Shown piece by piece: positions 1 through 10,152 of a stretch of 64,000 bases of DNA (positions are counted from its first letter, which is position 1; each line of letters begins with the position of its first letter). The notes under the pieces are model-generated. The model had not been told where the DNA came from and ran no database searches. It saw only the letters and a list, made by a program, of their open reading frames with translations. The translations under genes were made by a program, and so were the position numbers. This DNA comes from an uncultured Azospirillaceae bacterium (GTDB lineage: Bacteria > Pseudomonadota > Alphaproteobacteria > RF32 > CAG-239): positions 1,585-65,584 of the forward strand of contig CAYPFN010000009.1 of NCBI GenBank assembly GCA_964410325.1. The letters are read 5' to 3'.

Positions 1-615
1 GAGCGTGAAATTGCCGCCAATAATAAACTGTTAGGTCAGTTTGATTTGGTTGGAATTCCGCCGGCACCACGTGGCATGCCGCAAATTGAAGTAACATTTG
101 ATATTGATGCTAACGGCATTGTCAATGTTTCGGCAAAAGATAAGGCAACCGGAAAAGAACAGGCGATTCGCATTCAGGCCTCCGGTGGTTTGTCTGACGC
201 TGATATCGAAAAAATGGTTAAAGACGCTGAGGCTAACGCCGAAGCCGATAAGAAGAAAAAAGAGGAAGTTGAGGCGCGCAATCAGGCGGAAGCCTTAATC
301 CACTCCACCGAAAAAACCTTAAAAGAAAATGCTGATAAGATCAGCGCGGCCGATAAGACGGCAATTGAAGATGCTGTTGCAACGTTGAAAACAGCACTTG
401 AGGGTACCGATACGGCAGCTATTAAGGAAAAGAGCGATGCTTTGATGCAGGCTTCTTTAAAATTAGGCGAGGCTATGTATAAAGCCCAAGGCGCGGCAGC
501 CGGAGCTGACGCTTCTTCCGCCGGTGCGGCCGGCGCCGACATGGGTGCTCAAAATACTTCTAGCAGCGCTGGCGATGATAAAGTTGTTGATGCCGACTAT
601 GAAGAAGTTAAATAA
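1..615 (+). CDS. dnaK: Chaperone DnaK, 3' part (starts before the window)
   Basis: [31 protein letters not shown] and the [10 protein letters not shown] terminus. Confidence 0.98.
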   Translation, partial: EREIAANNKLLGQFDLVGIPPAPRGMPQIEVTFDIDANGIVNVSAKDKATGKEQAIRIQASGGLSDADIEKMVKDAEANAEADKKKKEEVEARNQAEALIHSTEKTLKENADKISAADKTAIEDAVATLKTALEGTDTAAIKEKSDALMQASLKLGEAMYKAQGAAAGADASSAGAAGADMGAQNTSSSAGDDKVVDADYEEVK

Positions 616-632
616 TATGCAGTCTTTGTGAT

Positions 633-674
633 AAAAAGAAGACCTACCGGCCAAACCAGTGGGTCTTCTTTTTT
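633..674. terminator. Intrinsic terminator after dnaK, probably bidirectional
   Basis: AAAAAGAAGACCTAC / GTGGGTCTTCTTTTT stem with flanking A and T runs. Confidence 0.85.
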
Positions 675-727
675 GCTTTTTTTCTGATTAACCAAGGTTT
701 ATCCGCTAAATTTAACGCCGATAGATG

Positions 728-1136
728 CTAATCTGGAACTTTTTGCCCGCTACCGCCAATCTCGCAGACGATTGTGGATGAGGAGTTAATTGATGTTGTT
801 TTGATGTTACCGGCTGTAAGACTGGAAGTTGTATTTAAATTTGTACAAACACTTACTTGAGTATTGTTGACAACAGCAAACGCGCCGCAAACTTTTTATG
901 CCGCTGAAGCCGTAGTCGTGTCATAGGATTCGCGGCAAGATACCCTCGGTGTACTGCTACTGCAATTTCCGCTATTTGAACTTAAAACATAATATATTTT
1001 TCGCGAACTATGATCGACATTTGTGGAGCATTTATATATAATTACCTTCAGAGCCTGAACGAGTAATGGTTATGCCACCCTCGGTTTTATAAGCATGATA
1101 ACGGCCACATCTGCCACTAAAATGAGAAAATAACAT
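728..1136 (-). pseudogene. Possible decayed Ser/Thr/Cys-rich exported protein gene
   Basis: Minus-strand reading ...YKCSTNVDHSSRKIYYVLSSNSGNCSSSTPRVSCRESYDTTTASAA*KVCGAFAVVNNTQVSVCTNLNTT..., with an internal stop and a frameshift. Confidence 0.4.
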
Positions 1137-1234
1137 GAATTATTTTTCTTTTGCGTGAGCATTTTGCTCGGTTTTGTTAAAAAGTATTTACTTTTGCCGT
1201 TTTATCTATCATAAAAGACCCAAAAGGAAAAATC

Positions 1235-1675
1235 ATGAAAGTTTATATTTTCGCCATCGGTAAATGTCGCCGTAGTTCTCCGGAATATGCATTAATAGAA
1301 GAATATGCCAAACGTTCGGGCTGGCATATTGTCATTAAAGAAAAAGATAATGCCGTCCAAACGGAAGAGGCGGAATTTTTATTGAATAATATTCCACAGG
1401 GAGCCAAGGTTGTTGTTTTAGATGAACGTGGCGAAAATATGGAAAGCGTAAAACTGGCCGATAAAATTGAAAATTGGATGTTAAACGGTTGTTCGGAAAT
1501 TTGTTTTTTAATCGGCGGTGCTGATGGGCATCTGGAAACGACTCGCAAGCGGGCGGACATGATTTTATCTTTCGGAAAGCTTACTTTGCCACACATGCTG
1601 GCGCGGGTAGTCTTGGTCGAACAAATTTATCGCGTTCAAACAATTATCAACGGCCATCCTTATCATCGGCAGTAA
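1235..1675 (+). CDS. rlmH: 23S rRNA (pseudouridine1915-N3)-methyltransferase RlmH
   Basis: LDERG, FLIGGADG, LSFGKLTLPHMLARVVLVEQIYR, GHPYHR motifs. Confidence 0.96.
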   Translation: MKVYIFAIGKCRRSSPEYALIEEYAKRSGWHIVIKEKDNAVQTEEAEFLLNNIPQGAKVVVLDERGENMESVKLADKIENWMLNGCSEICFLIGGADGHLETTRKRADMILSFGKLTLPHMLARVVLVEQIYRVQTIINGHPYHRQ

Positions 1676-1748
1676 TAATCAGCAATAACGATGGAAAGGA
1701 GTTTTGCCACCAGAGAAAAAAGCCACCACGGAATTGATATAAACAGAT

Positions 1749-1778
1749 AAAAAAAGCCGCCTTAACGGCGGTTCTTAT
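1749..1778. terminator. Terminator between convergent rlmH and the small ORF
   Basis: GCCGCC-TTAAC-GGCGGT hairpin; the A run gives a U tail on the minus strand. Confidence 0.75.
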
Positions 1779-1809
1779 TATTATGAAATATTTTTTAGGG
1801 TAGAAAATT

Positions 1810-1971
1810 TTAACGGGTCGCTTGTTTTTTTTGCACAGAAACTGTGTTAGATTTGGATTCTGCAACATTCTGTACAAATTTTTCCAAAGCTTTCGGTGTC
1901 GGAATTTCACGGTTTTCACCGCTTCCGAGTTTCTTTCCGCCAAACTTGGCTTGCATAATTGCTTTACTCAT
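1810..1971 (-). CDS. Small hypothetical protein, 53 aa (below the ORF-track cutoff)
   Basis: MSKAIMQAKFGGKKLGSGENREIPTPKALEKFVQNVAESKSNTVSVQKKQATR; AAGGA RBS, upstream TTGACA-N18-TAAGAT, downstream terminator. Confidence 0.7.
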   Translation of the reverse strand: MSKAIMQAKFGGKKLGSGENREIPTPKALEKFVQNVAESKSNTVSVQKKQATR

Positions 1972-2146
1972 CTTTTTTCCTTTCTTAAGGCTGTTTTGTC
2001 TATCTTAAGCATATTTCCAGAGTTTTGTCAAGTATTTTTGCACAAGCTTTTCAACAAATTGATATTTTGATGAAATAATTAATGCAAATATAACCTTTTT
2101 CGGCTAATTTAACAACAATTATTCAAATGACTGTGGAAATATTAAA

Positions 2147-3754
2147 ATGTCTTTATTTAAATCAATAGCCACCTTTGGCAGTTTTACATTTGTCAGCCGA
2201 ATTACCGGTTTTCTGCGGGATATGGTTTTGGCTAACATGCTTGGAGCCGGCGTGGTTTCCGATGCTTTTTTTGTTTCGTTCAAGCTACCGAATTTATTCC
2301 GCAGTCTTTTTGCCGAAGGTGCTTTTACGAGTGCTTTTGTGCCGATTTTTTCCCAAAAGCTTGTCAGTGAAGGCAAAAAGAAGTCAATGCATTTTGCCTC
2401 TGAGGCGATTTCGATTCTGGTATTCTTTTTATTGTTATTTGTTATCTTGTTTGAAATTTTGATGCCTTATGTGGTAAATGTTTTGGCGCCGGGCTTTGTT
2501 CATGATGCCGGAAAAATAGAACTGGCAACGTCGTTATGCCGGATAACTTTTCCTTTTTTATTATTTATTTCGGTTGTTTCTTTTCAAGCTGGCGTTTTAA
2601 ATTCATTTGAAAAATTTGCCGCGCCCGCTGCCGCTCCGGTAATCCTTAATTTGGTTATGATTGCCTCTGTTTTCGTTTTTGTGCCGTTTAGTACTACGCC
2701 AGCACATGGTTTTGCCGTCGGCATAACGGTTGCGGGCTTTTTGGAAATTTTATGGCTGGAATATTTTTTAAAACGTCAAAACGCCAAAATTCACCCGTAT
2801 TTTCAAATAAATAAAATCTTGCATAATCCGGAAATCAAAACCTTGTTTAAACGGATTGCGCCAGGTGTGGTCGGTGCTGGTATTTATCAAATTAATATGG
2901 TAGTGGATACAATTCTTGTTTCCCTAGTTGGAACCGGCGCTATTTCCTGGTTATATTATGCAAACCGTCTGCAGCAATTGCCTTTGGGAGTGGTCGGTGC
3001 TGCCATAAGCGTGGCGCTTTTGCCGATTCTCTCTAAACAATTGAAGGCCAAAGCGCTTGAAGAAAGCCGCCAAACCCAAGATAAAGCGGTTGAATATGGG
3101 GCGCTACTTTCTTTTCCGGCAGCAGTGTTGATGATTGTGCTGGCGCGTCCAATTATTAACATTTTATTTGAACACGGGCGTTTCACAGCCGCTGATACAC
3201 AGATGACGGCTTATGCTGTAATTGCTTATTCGGTCGGACTGCCCTGTTACGTCATTGTCAAAGCTTTAATGCCGAACTTTTTTGCCCGTGGCGATACGGT
3301 AACGCCGGTAAAATACAGCGCTGTCGTATTCCTGACCAATTTTATCTTTAATCTGATATTAATGCGTCCATTCGGCCATGTTGGTATAGCCACGGCCACA
3401 ACAATTGCTGCTTTTGTTTCGCTGTTCCAATATTTTTATGGTTTGAAGAAACGCGGTTTTTGGCGCATATCCGCTGCCTTAAGTTACAAAATATTAAAAA
3501 TTGTGATTTGTTCGCTGTTAATGGGCGCGGCGGTTTTAGGCGGCGAGTACATTCTGAATTTAGGCATTGGCGACTGGTTTAAACTAAAAATTATCCTCAA
3601 ATTATGCATATTAAGCGGATTAGGCATTTTCGGGCTTGCAACTTTTCTGTTTCTGGCTAAAATAACAAATACCTTGGATGTTTCGGAAATATACAAGCTT
3701 ATGAAAAAGAAAAGAGGTGCTGATGCCAAACAAATTTCAGAAAGAAACGGTTAA
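2147..3754 (+). CDS. murJ: Lipid II flippase MurJ
   Basis: SRITGFLRD, KLPNLFRSLFAEGAF, YYANRLQQLPLG; many TM segments. Confidence 0.96.
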   Translation: MSLFKSIATFGSFTFVSRITGFLRDMVLANMLGAGVVSDAFFVSFKLPNLFRSLFAEGAFTSAFVPIFSQKLVSEGKKKSMHFASEAISILVFFLLLFVILFEILMPYVVNVLAPGFVHDAGKIELATSLCRITFPFLLFISVVSFQAGVLNSFEKFAAPAAAPVILNLVMIASVFVFVPFSTTPAHGFAVGITVAGFLEILWLEYFLKRQNAKIHPYFQINKILHNPEIKTLFKRIAPGVVGAGIYQINMVVDTILVSLVGTGAISWLYYANRLQQLPLGVVGAAISVALLPILSKQLKAKALEESRQTQDKAVEYGALLSFPAAVLMIVLARPIINILFEHGRFTAADTQMTAYAVIAYSVGLPCYVIVKALMPNFFARGDTVTPVKYSAVVFLTNFIFNLILMRPFGHVGIATATTIAAFVSLFQYFYGLKKRGFWRISAALSYKILKIVICSLLMGAAVLGGEYILNLGIGDWFKLKIILKLCILSGLGIFGLATFLFLAKITNTLDVSEIYKLMKKKRGADAKQISERNG

Positions 3755-4733
3755 ACGCCACGTAAAAGAAATTTTAAAAGTTATCCGGCGTATAAGTCTG
3801 CAAGCCAAAGAACGAATTGTTCCAAGCTTACGTTTTATTCGCAAATCATGGAAATCAATTGCGATTATTCTGCCAGCTTTCTTACTTTTGTATTATATTA
3901 TCGGCAGTTGGGCTACTCATCATATTGATAAAACACTAATAGATAATATGTCCAGACCAGACAAGGGGCTGGTGGTTGTTGATTCGATGGCGCGGCTGAT
4001 TACCCGCGAGGTAGACGACCATATGTGGACACCAAATCTGCCGTTTGTTTTTCCTGGTTATGTCCTCGATAATATGCCACAATATCAGCTGGGCATTGTT
4101 CAGTCTTTAAAATCTGTAGCGCAGGTTTTGGCACGTAGCTATGATTCGCCAGATTTGAATAAAGCGGCGGAACTTTTAAAGTATCCCGGCAACATATGGC
4201 TTCTTTCCAAGACTGAAAACTTATCTTTAGCGCCGTCTTCCGGAGCCCAGTATCGCAAAGCGCGCAGAGCTTTGCTACAGTTTAATGATAAACCGCTGAT
4301 GCCCAAGGCTGCGCCGGATAGAATTTTAACGGATGTATTGCGGAACATAGCAAAAAGTCTTGGTAAAATAACGCTGGATATTGAAAAACAGGTGAGAGAG
4401 TATAGCTCTAACTGGATAGATAATCAGGCGGATAATGTGTTTTATTATAATCAGGGAAAGCTATATAGTTTTTATGTTATTTTAAAAGCGCTTGCCGAAG
4501 ATTTTAAGCCACAGATTTTGGCAATGGAACAATATGAAAACTGGACTTTTTTAAACAAAACTTTGGAAGACGGTTTTCTTTTAGAGCCGTTGGTGGTGCG
4601 TAATGGCCGGCCAGATAGCGCCATTACGCCGAATCACTTGCTGGTGTTGGGTTATTATGCGGCAAAAGCTGATTTGCAGCTTAATAAAATCATTGGGGCT
4701 TTGATAAAGCGGGAAGGGATTGATGCTCATTAA
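3723..4733 (+). CDS. DUF2333-family protein
   Basis: N-terminal TM, WTPNLP, LDNMPQYQLG, ADNVFYYNQG, NHLLVLGYY. Confidence 0.75.
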   Translation: MPNKFQKETVKRHVKEILKVIRRISLQAKERIVPSLRFIRKSWKSIAIILPAFLLLYYIIGSWATHHIDKTLIDNMSRPDKGLVVVDSMARLITREVDDHMWTPNLPFVFPGYVLDNMPQYQLGIVQSLKSVAQVLARSYDSPDLNKAAELLKYPGNIWLLSKTENLSLAPSSGAQYRKARRALLQFNDKPLMPKAAPDRILTDVLRNIAKSLGKITLDIEKQVREYSSNWIDNQADNVFYYNQGKLYSFYVILKALAEDFKPQILAMEQYENWTFLNKTLEDGFLLEPLVVRNGRPDSAITPNHLLVLGYYAAKADLQLNKIIGALIKREGIDAH

Positions 4734-5268
4734 CATACAAATGACAAATGATAAGAACATTCGAAATTTTTATCCCGAAGAGCGGATTTTTAAAACTGGA
4801 ATTTCTGAATATGCCGATGCCAAATCATTGCGTAAATCGCCTTTAGCTGAGGCTATTTTTGATTTAGGCGGCGTTAAAAGCGTTCTGATTGCACCAGATA
4901 TGGTTTCCGTCACCAAAGAATCTTCTGCCTCTTGGGCGGATTTAAGCCCGCAGATTATGGCTGAAATTTTGGATTTTGCCGCTACCGGTGCCACCGCTGT
5001 TGTTGAAAAGCAAACTGCGACGGAAACTGATTTTGAACTCATGAAAAAAATATCCGGTCTTGTTGCCGCACGGATTCGTCCAGCGCTCAACCGCGACGGC
5101 GGCGATATAGAACTTAAAAGTTTTGAAAACGGTATCCTTTGGGTAGAATTGACCGGAAAATGCGCCGGATGTCCTTACGCCATGCGGACTTTAAAAGACG
5201 GTGTGGAAAAGATACTTAAAAGCTATATTCCCGAAATTAATGAAGTCAAACCGGTTGGTGAAGAATGA
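4723..5268 (+). CDS. Nfu/NifU-family Fe-S cluster carrier
   Basis: SPLAEAIF N-domain and IRPALNRDGGDI...GKCAGCP (CxxC) C-domain. Confidence 0.9.
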   Translation: MLINIQMTNDKNIRNFYPEERIFKTGISEYADAKSLRKSPLAEAIFDLGGVKSVLIAPDMVSVTKESSASWADLSPQIMAEILDFAATGATAVVEKQTATETDFELMKKISGLVAARIRPALNRDGGDIELKSFENGILWVELTGKCAGCPYAMRTLKDGVEKILKSYIPEINEVKPVGEE

Positions 5269-6239
5269 AAAAATTTTTTTTAATGTTATTAATCTTGTGT
5301 TTTACGTCGGGAATTTGCTTTTCGGAAGATAATGTTGCCGCAGAAAAAAACTCAATCTCTGCCGCCTTGCCGGAAAAGCAAAAACAAGAAAAATCTTCGG
5401 CAAAAATAGCTATTAACAACAGCGGCGCATATTTAAGCGATTTTTCCGTAGCGGAACTGATAGATATGTTCCAATATCTGGAATATGATGAATATATTAA
5501 ACTTCCGGGCAATGAATATCCGCGTATTTTTGTAAAAAATATTCCGTATGATTTTGCTTCTTTTTCAAATCAGACGGAGCGCAACCGCCTGTTCGTCCAA
5601 ATTTTAATGCCTTTGGCTTTAAAAGTAAATAATGAAATTTTAAAGGAGCGGGCATATTTGGACGCCGTTGCTTACAGTTTTGAACAAGAGCATGATTTTG
5701 GCGAAGCCGAAACCTATTATTTAGAGCTTTTGGCTGAAAAATATGATGTAACGACGCCATTTAAGGGTACGCGCCGGCATATGAAGCTTTTAAAAGAACT
5801 AACCCGCCGAGTGGATATTGTGCCTCCCTCAATTTTAATTGCTGCCGCTGCCGTTTATACTAATTGGGGCACATCTAGGATTGCCGTGCAAGGCAATAAC
5901 TTATATAAAGCGCGGGATTGGTACACGACTGAAGGCCTAGAGCCGATAGGCGAAGATGATGATTCATACCGTTATCATATATATCCCTCATTGGAAGAAT
6001 CTATTCGCACTTATATTTTACATGTGAATTCTCATATTAAGTATCAACAGTTTTGGAATTCGCGCAAAGAATCCCGCCGCCGCGGCTCGGTCATTTACGG
6101 AAAACGTATGGATTGGACTTTTGTTTTGGATAATAATTTAAAAAATTATGCCGGTCTGTTGGATTATACGCTGACGTATTATAAATTTTTCTACCTAGAT
6201 GAAGCAACGCTGGAGAAGGAGTATGAGTTTAAAAATTAA
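5265..6239 (+). CDS. Exported Bax-like GH73 glucosaminidase-domain protein, probably degenerate
   Basis: Signal peptide; RVDIVPPSILIAAAAVYTNWGTSR...GNNLY; SLEESIRTYILHVNSH. Confidence 0.75.
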   Translation: MKKFFLMLLILCFTSGICFSEDNVAAEKNSISAALPEKQKQEKSSAKIAINNSGAYLSDFSVAELIDMFQYLEYDEYIKLPGNEYPRIFVKNIPYDFASFSNQTERNRLFVQILMPLALKVNNEILKERAYLDAVAYSFEQEHDFGEAETYYLELLAEKYDVTTPFKGTRRHMKLLKELTRRVDIVPPSILIAAAAVYTNWGTSRIAVQGNNLYKARDWYTTEGLEPIGEDDDSYRYHIYPSLEESIRTYILHVNSHIKYQQFWNSRKESRRRGSVIYGKRMDWTFVLDNNLKNYAGLLDYTLTYYKFFYLDEATLEKEYEFKN

Positions 6240-6951
6240 TCCTGTTTTGTGCCGTGCCGGTGTAATGGATAATTATGCCTATATTGTCACGGATGAAGAA
6301 ACGGGAATAAGTGCGGTTATAGATGCGTCTGAAGCCGCACCGATTGTCCGCAGATGTCGGGAGCTGGATATAACGCCGCAATATATTTTGACCACGCATC
6401 ATCATTTCGACCATGTCGGCGGCAATGAAGAATTGAAGACCCTTTATAATCTAAAAATTTTTGGTCCGGAAGCTGAAAGCGGATTAATCCCGGGAATTGA
6501 TCGCGGGGTACGCGATGGTGAGCGTTTTTATTTGTGGAAAAGGGCGGTTGAAGTTATCGGCGCGCCGGGTCATACGCTTGGCCATGTATTGTGGTATTTC
6601 CCGGATGACAAAGTTTTGTTTACCGGCGACGTGTTGTTTAATTTATGCATTGGTGGAATTTTTGAAGGCACGCCGAAGCAAATGTGGAACAGCCTGCAAA
6701 AGATAAAGCGTTTGCCAGATAATACTGATTTTTATCCTGGACATGAATATACGGTGCATTGTTTGGCAGATGCTTTAAAGCATGGCAACAGCGAATCTCT
6801 CCGAATTTACAGTGCGCATGCAAAAGGAAGGCTGGCAAACGGTTTGCCGGTTGCGCCGGTCAATTTAAATCTGGAAAAGCGGTGCAATCCGTATCTGCAA
6901 ATTGAAGATGAAAAGATTTTTGAACGTTTTTTTGATTTGCGGGAGAGATAA
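6223..6951 (+). CDS. gloB: Hydroxyacylglutathione hydrolase (glyoxalase II)
   Basis: DNYAY, THHHFDHVGG, PGHTLGH, FTGD, PGHEYT, NPYL. Confidence 0.9.
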   Translation: MSLKINPVLCRAGVMDNYAYIVTDEETGISAVIDASEAAPIVRRCRELDITPQYILTTHHHFDHVGGNEELKTLYNLKIFGPEAESGLIPGIDRGVRDGERFYLWKRAVEVIGAPGHTLGHVLWYFPDDKVLFTGDVLFNLCIGGIFEGTPKQMWNSLQKIKRLPDNTDFYPGHEYTVHCLADALKHGNSESLRIYSAHAKGRLANGLPVAPVNLNLEKRCNPYLQIEDEKIFERFFDLRER

Positions 6952-8619
6952 ATGTATTTTAGCCTGAATAAAAAAATTTTTTATACGATTTTTGTTTTAC
7001 TGATTTTTATGGCCGCATTATTTTTAAGCATTTTCTTGAACATTTACGGTAAAAAGTATCAGGAAGACCAAACATCTATTCTTTTACGCAATCAATATGT
7101 TATGGAGCTTCTGTATGAAAACATTGCTTTGCGTCGGGAAATTGCAAATTCAAAAGTGGAACTTTCCAAAGAAAGTCGTGCTATTTTAAACGGCGATTTG
7201 GGGCAAAAGCAGGAAGAATTGTCGCGCGAACAAAAATTAAATAAAGAGCTACAGAAAAATTACAACGAACGATCGGCGGCCTTTATTGCTGGTGTTAAAA
7301 TTATCGGCATCAGTTCTTTATTGTCTTTGGTTCTGATAATTATCTTAGGCTGGCTTTTACACAAATGGGTGGTTGTGCCGATACGGCGTTTGACTAATGC
7401 TAGTAAATTCATAGCCAAAGGTGATTTTTCGCATCGGGTGTCGCTAAGCAGAAAACAAATCTTTTTTGATGAGTTTGATATGCTGGTCAAAACCTTTAAT
7501 GTTATGATTGACAATATTGAAAACAATATTACCGAAATTAAAAATACGGAAATTTTCTTACAGTCTTTAATCGATGCCATTCCAGACGGCATTCGCGTCA
7601 TAGACCATGATTACAATATAATTTTAGCCAATAAAGTATATACCAAACAATTAAAAATGTTGAAAATGGAAAGATACAGAAAATGCTATCAAGCCTATAA
7701 TTTTGACAAACCCTGTCCGGAAGGCGTGTATACCTGTCCTTTGCGGGAAATCAAAAACAGTACGGCAAAAGGGATCAGCATTATTCAGAATATGGCAGGC
7801 AAGCCTTTGTCAATTAACGCCGCGCCGTTGAAAATCCAGAATGCGACTGATGGACACGACTTTTACATTGTTGAATCTATTCGAGATTTAAGTGATGAAA
7901 TACGGTTTTCACATGAGCAGAAAATCAGTTCTCTCGGTTTTTTGGCGACATCCGTTGCTCATGAAATAAAAAACAATTTAGGATCAATCCGTATGATTTT
8001 GGAAGGTTTGTTAAACAACTATTATAAGGATTATCCGGATGATAGGGAAGAGAAAAAATATTTGCTGATGATATATAATCAGGTTGTCAATAGTGTTGAG
8101 ATGCCAGAGCGCCTGTTAAAACTAGCCATAAACAGTAGCCGCGAATACAGTAGTTTTGATGCAGAAACAAATATAAATGAAATTATATCCTTGCTTGATT
8201 ATGAAGCCAAACGGAACGGTGTTATTGTCCGTCAGCAAAATACCGGCGGTAAAAATACCATTGTCGGCAATGAAATAGATTTTAAGATGATTATTTTAAA
8301 TTTGGTACAGAATGCGTTTAACGCCATGCCTTCAGGAGGAGAGCTTTCAATCCAGACTTCTAAGAATCAGAATTATGTTTTGATTGAAATTTCTGATACC
8401 GGTATCGGAATATCTCCAGAAAAGCTTTGTCATATTTTTGAACCATTTTATTCGGATGGGCGAAGCCGCCGCCATCAGGGAACGGGTTTAGGGTTGGCGA
8501 TTGTAAAATCTCTGGTAGAAAAGTTTCAAGGGATAATTAACGTTGACAGCACGCCTAATAAAGGAACGACATTCACGATAAAATTTCCTAAAAACAGAAG
8601 AAATAATTTGCAAAATTAA
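6952..8619 (+). CDS. Membrane sensor histidine kinase (HAMP-PAS-HisKA-HATPase, NtrB-like)
   Basis: 2 TM, HAMP, VAHEIKNNL H-box, NLVQNA, DTGIGI, GTGLGL. Confidence 0.9.
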   Translation: MYFSLNKKIFYTIFVLLIFMAALFLSIFLNIYGKKYQEDQTSILLRNQYVMELLYENIALRREIANSKVELSKESRAILNGDLGQKQEELSREQKLNKELQKNYNERSAAFIAGVKIIGISSLLSLVLIIILGWLLHKWVVVPIRRLTNASKFIAKGDFSHRVSLSRKQIFFDEFDMLVKTFNVMIDNIENNITEIKNTEIFLQSLIDAIPDGIRVIDHDYNIILANKVYTKQLKMLKMERYRKCYQAYNFDKPCPEGVYTCPLREIKNSTAKGISIIQNMAGKPLSINAAPLKIQNATDGHDFYIVESIRDLSDEIRFSHEQKISSLGFLATSVAHEIKNNLGSIRMILEGLLNNYYKDYPDDREEKKYLLMIYNQVVNSVEMPERLLKLAINSSREYSSFDAETNINEIISLLDYEAKRNGVIVRQQNTGGKNTIVGNEIDFKMIILNLVQNAFNAMPSGGELSIQTSKNQNYVLIEISDTGIGISPEKLCHIFEPFYSDGRSRRHQGTGLGLAIVKSLVEKFQGIINVDSTPNKGTTFTIKFPKNRRNNLQN

Positions 8620-8678
8620 AAAATTAAGTTTATACAGGTAACAAAAATAAAATATGCAAGCGAAAAGAGGTTTTATCT

Positions 8679-8900
8679 ATGAGTAAAGAAGAACTGTTGG
8701 AATTAACCGGAGAAGTTATAGAAAAGTTACCTAATGCTATGTTTCGCGTCCGCTTGGAAAATGGGGTGGAAATTTTGGCTCATACTGCCGGAAAAATGCG
8801 CAAATTCAGAATACGGGTTATGGTGGGTGATAAGGTTGATATAGAGATGACGCCGTATGACTTAACCAAAGGCCGGATAACTTTTCGCCATAAAGACTAA
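8679..8900 (+). CDS. infA: Translation initiation factor IF-1
   Basis: [35 protein letters not shown]. Confidence 0.98.
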   Translation: MSKEELLELTGEVIEKLPNAMFRVRLENGVEILAHTAGKMRKFRIRVMVGDKVDIEMTPYDLTKGRITFRHKD

Positions 8901-8964
8901 ATCAAAGGAATTTTGGCTATTAAAATAACAACAGGATATCTTTTATTTCTGTTTCTTAAAAGCT

Positions 8965-8988
8965 CCCCGCGCCAAATGCGGGGTTTTT
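8965..8988 (+). terminator. Intrinsic terminator after infA
   Basis: CCCCGCG-CCAAA-TGCGGGG-TTTTT. Confidence 0.8.
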
Positions 8989-9132
8989 CATAAACGGCTT
9001 ATAGCGCCAAATCTCTTAAATGAGATATATCCAAAGTCACAGGTTGTAATATTAAACCGCAGTCTATAACAAGGCCAACATGGTTTAGCCAGCAGTTTAT
9101 TTTGGGGGTTATTCAGAATTTCAGTATATCTT

Positions 9133-9162
9133 ATCAGAATTACACGCATCAGAATTACATGC
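9133..9162. repeat. 15-bp tandem duplication
   Basis: ATCAGAATTACACGC followed by ATCAGAATTACATGC (1 mismatch). Confidence 0.8.
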
Positions 9163-9552
9163 AGATGTAACACTGTCCTCGAACGTCTCCGAACAAGACT
9201 TTCATCTGACAAGTTGCCTCGAGGAAGCAGATGGCAGGAAGAAAAAGGATATGGAGTTAACAAACAAGCCATAAAACAATCTCCGTAGGCTTATACGATT
9301 CATTATAAACCGTTTTTTGCAACTTTAAAGTAAGCATGCGGAGAAAAATATATCCCCTACCGAAGGTCGGTTTCTTACTTGCGATGAAATAAGATAAAAA
9401 GCTTAGAATTTATAAATATAACGTACGAAGAATAACAGTTTATTTGATGCCCTATAAAAGAATTATTGTAAAAAATAAGTTGTTCTTTGTAAATTTGTTG
9501 CTTATATTATAGCTTATATTATAACAAAAAATATACTAAGGGATATGACGTA

Positions 9553-10152
9553 ATGAAAAGGTTTTTGACAGGCTTGTTCCTTTTTGGTGTCGGCACAGCT
9601 CATGCTCAAACCGCCACAGACTTAGCCAAAATTGAAAATTATTTAAACAACATGAGAACGCTTGAGGCTTCTTTTGTGCAGATAGCCAGCAACGGGATGA
9701 CCTCGGAAGGGAAAATATATATCAAAAAGCCAAGCAAAATCCGTATGGAATATGCGCCGCCGGCGTCTATCCTGATTGTTGGCAATGGCGATTATGTTGT
9801 TTTTAATGATAAAGAGCTCGATCAGATAACCAATATTGATTATGAAGATATTCCGGCCACTATGATTTTGGCTAATGACATTAAAATCGGCGATAAAAAT
9901 CTTAAGGTAACTGATTTTTATAAAGATGCCGGCTTAATGTCCGTAACTTTGGAATATGCCAAAGATAAAAGCGTCGGGCCGATTACATTGATTTTCGGCA
10001 ATAATCCTTTTGAATTGAAGCAATGGAAAATTATTGATCCACAGAGTGTGGAAGTAACGCTGTCTTTATATGATATCATTCAAGATAGCCCTCTTGAGGA
10101 AGGGTTGTTTAAATTTACTCAGGAAAACGCCCGTTCCCGTCGACACCGATAA
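9553..10152 (+). CDS. lolA: Outer-membrane lipoprotein carrier LolA family
   Basis: Signal peptide; alphaproteobacterial LolA pattern FVQ...GKIYIKKPSKIRMEY...PFELKQWKIID. Confidence 0.88.
   Translation: MKRFLTGLFLFGVGTAHAQTATDLAKIENYLNNMRTLEASFVQIASNGMTSEGKIYIKKPSKIRMEYAPPASILIVGNGDYVVFNDKELDQITNIDYEDIPATMILANDIKIGDKNLKVTDFYKDAGLMSVTLEYAKDKSVGPITLIFGNNPFELKQWKIIDPQSVEVTLSLYDIIQDSPLEEGLFKFTQENARSRRHR

Noticed and set aside
1647-2070. Track ORFs 1647-1943(-) and 1822-2070(+)
   Set aside because: They lack an RBS; the 1810-1971 frame has full expression signals
6952-8619. Orphan histidine kinase as a novel system
   Set aside because: Ordinary architecture; orphan kinases are common in Alphaproteobacteria
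9113-9162. Repeated TCAGAATT as a possible CRISPR array
   Set aside because: Units are adjacent 15-mers with no spacers, and no cas genes are present
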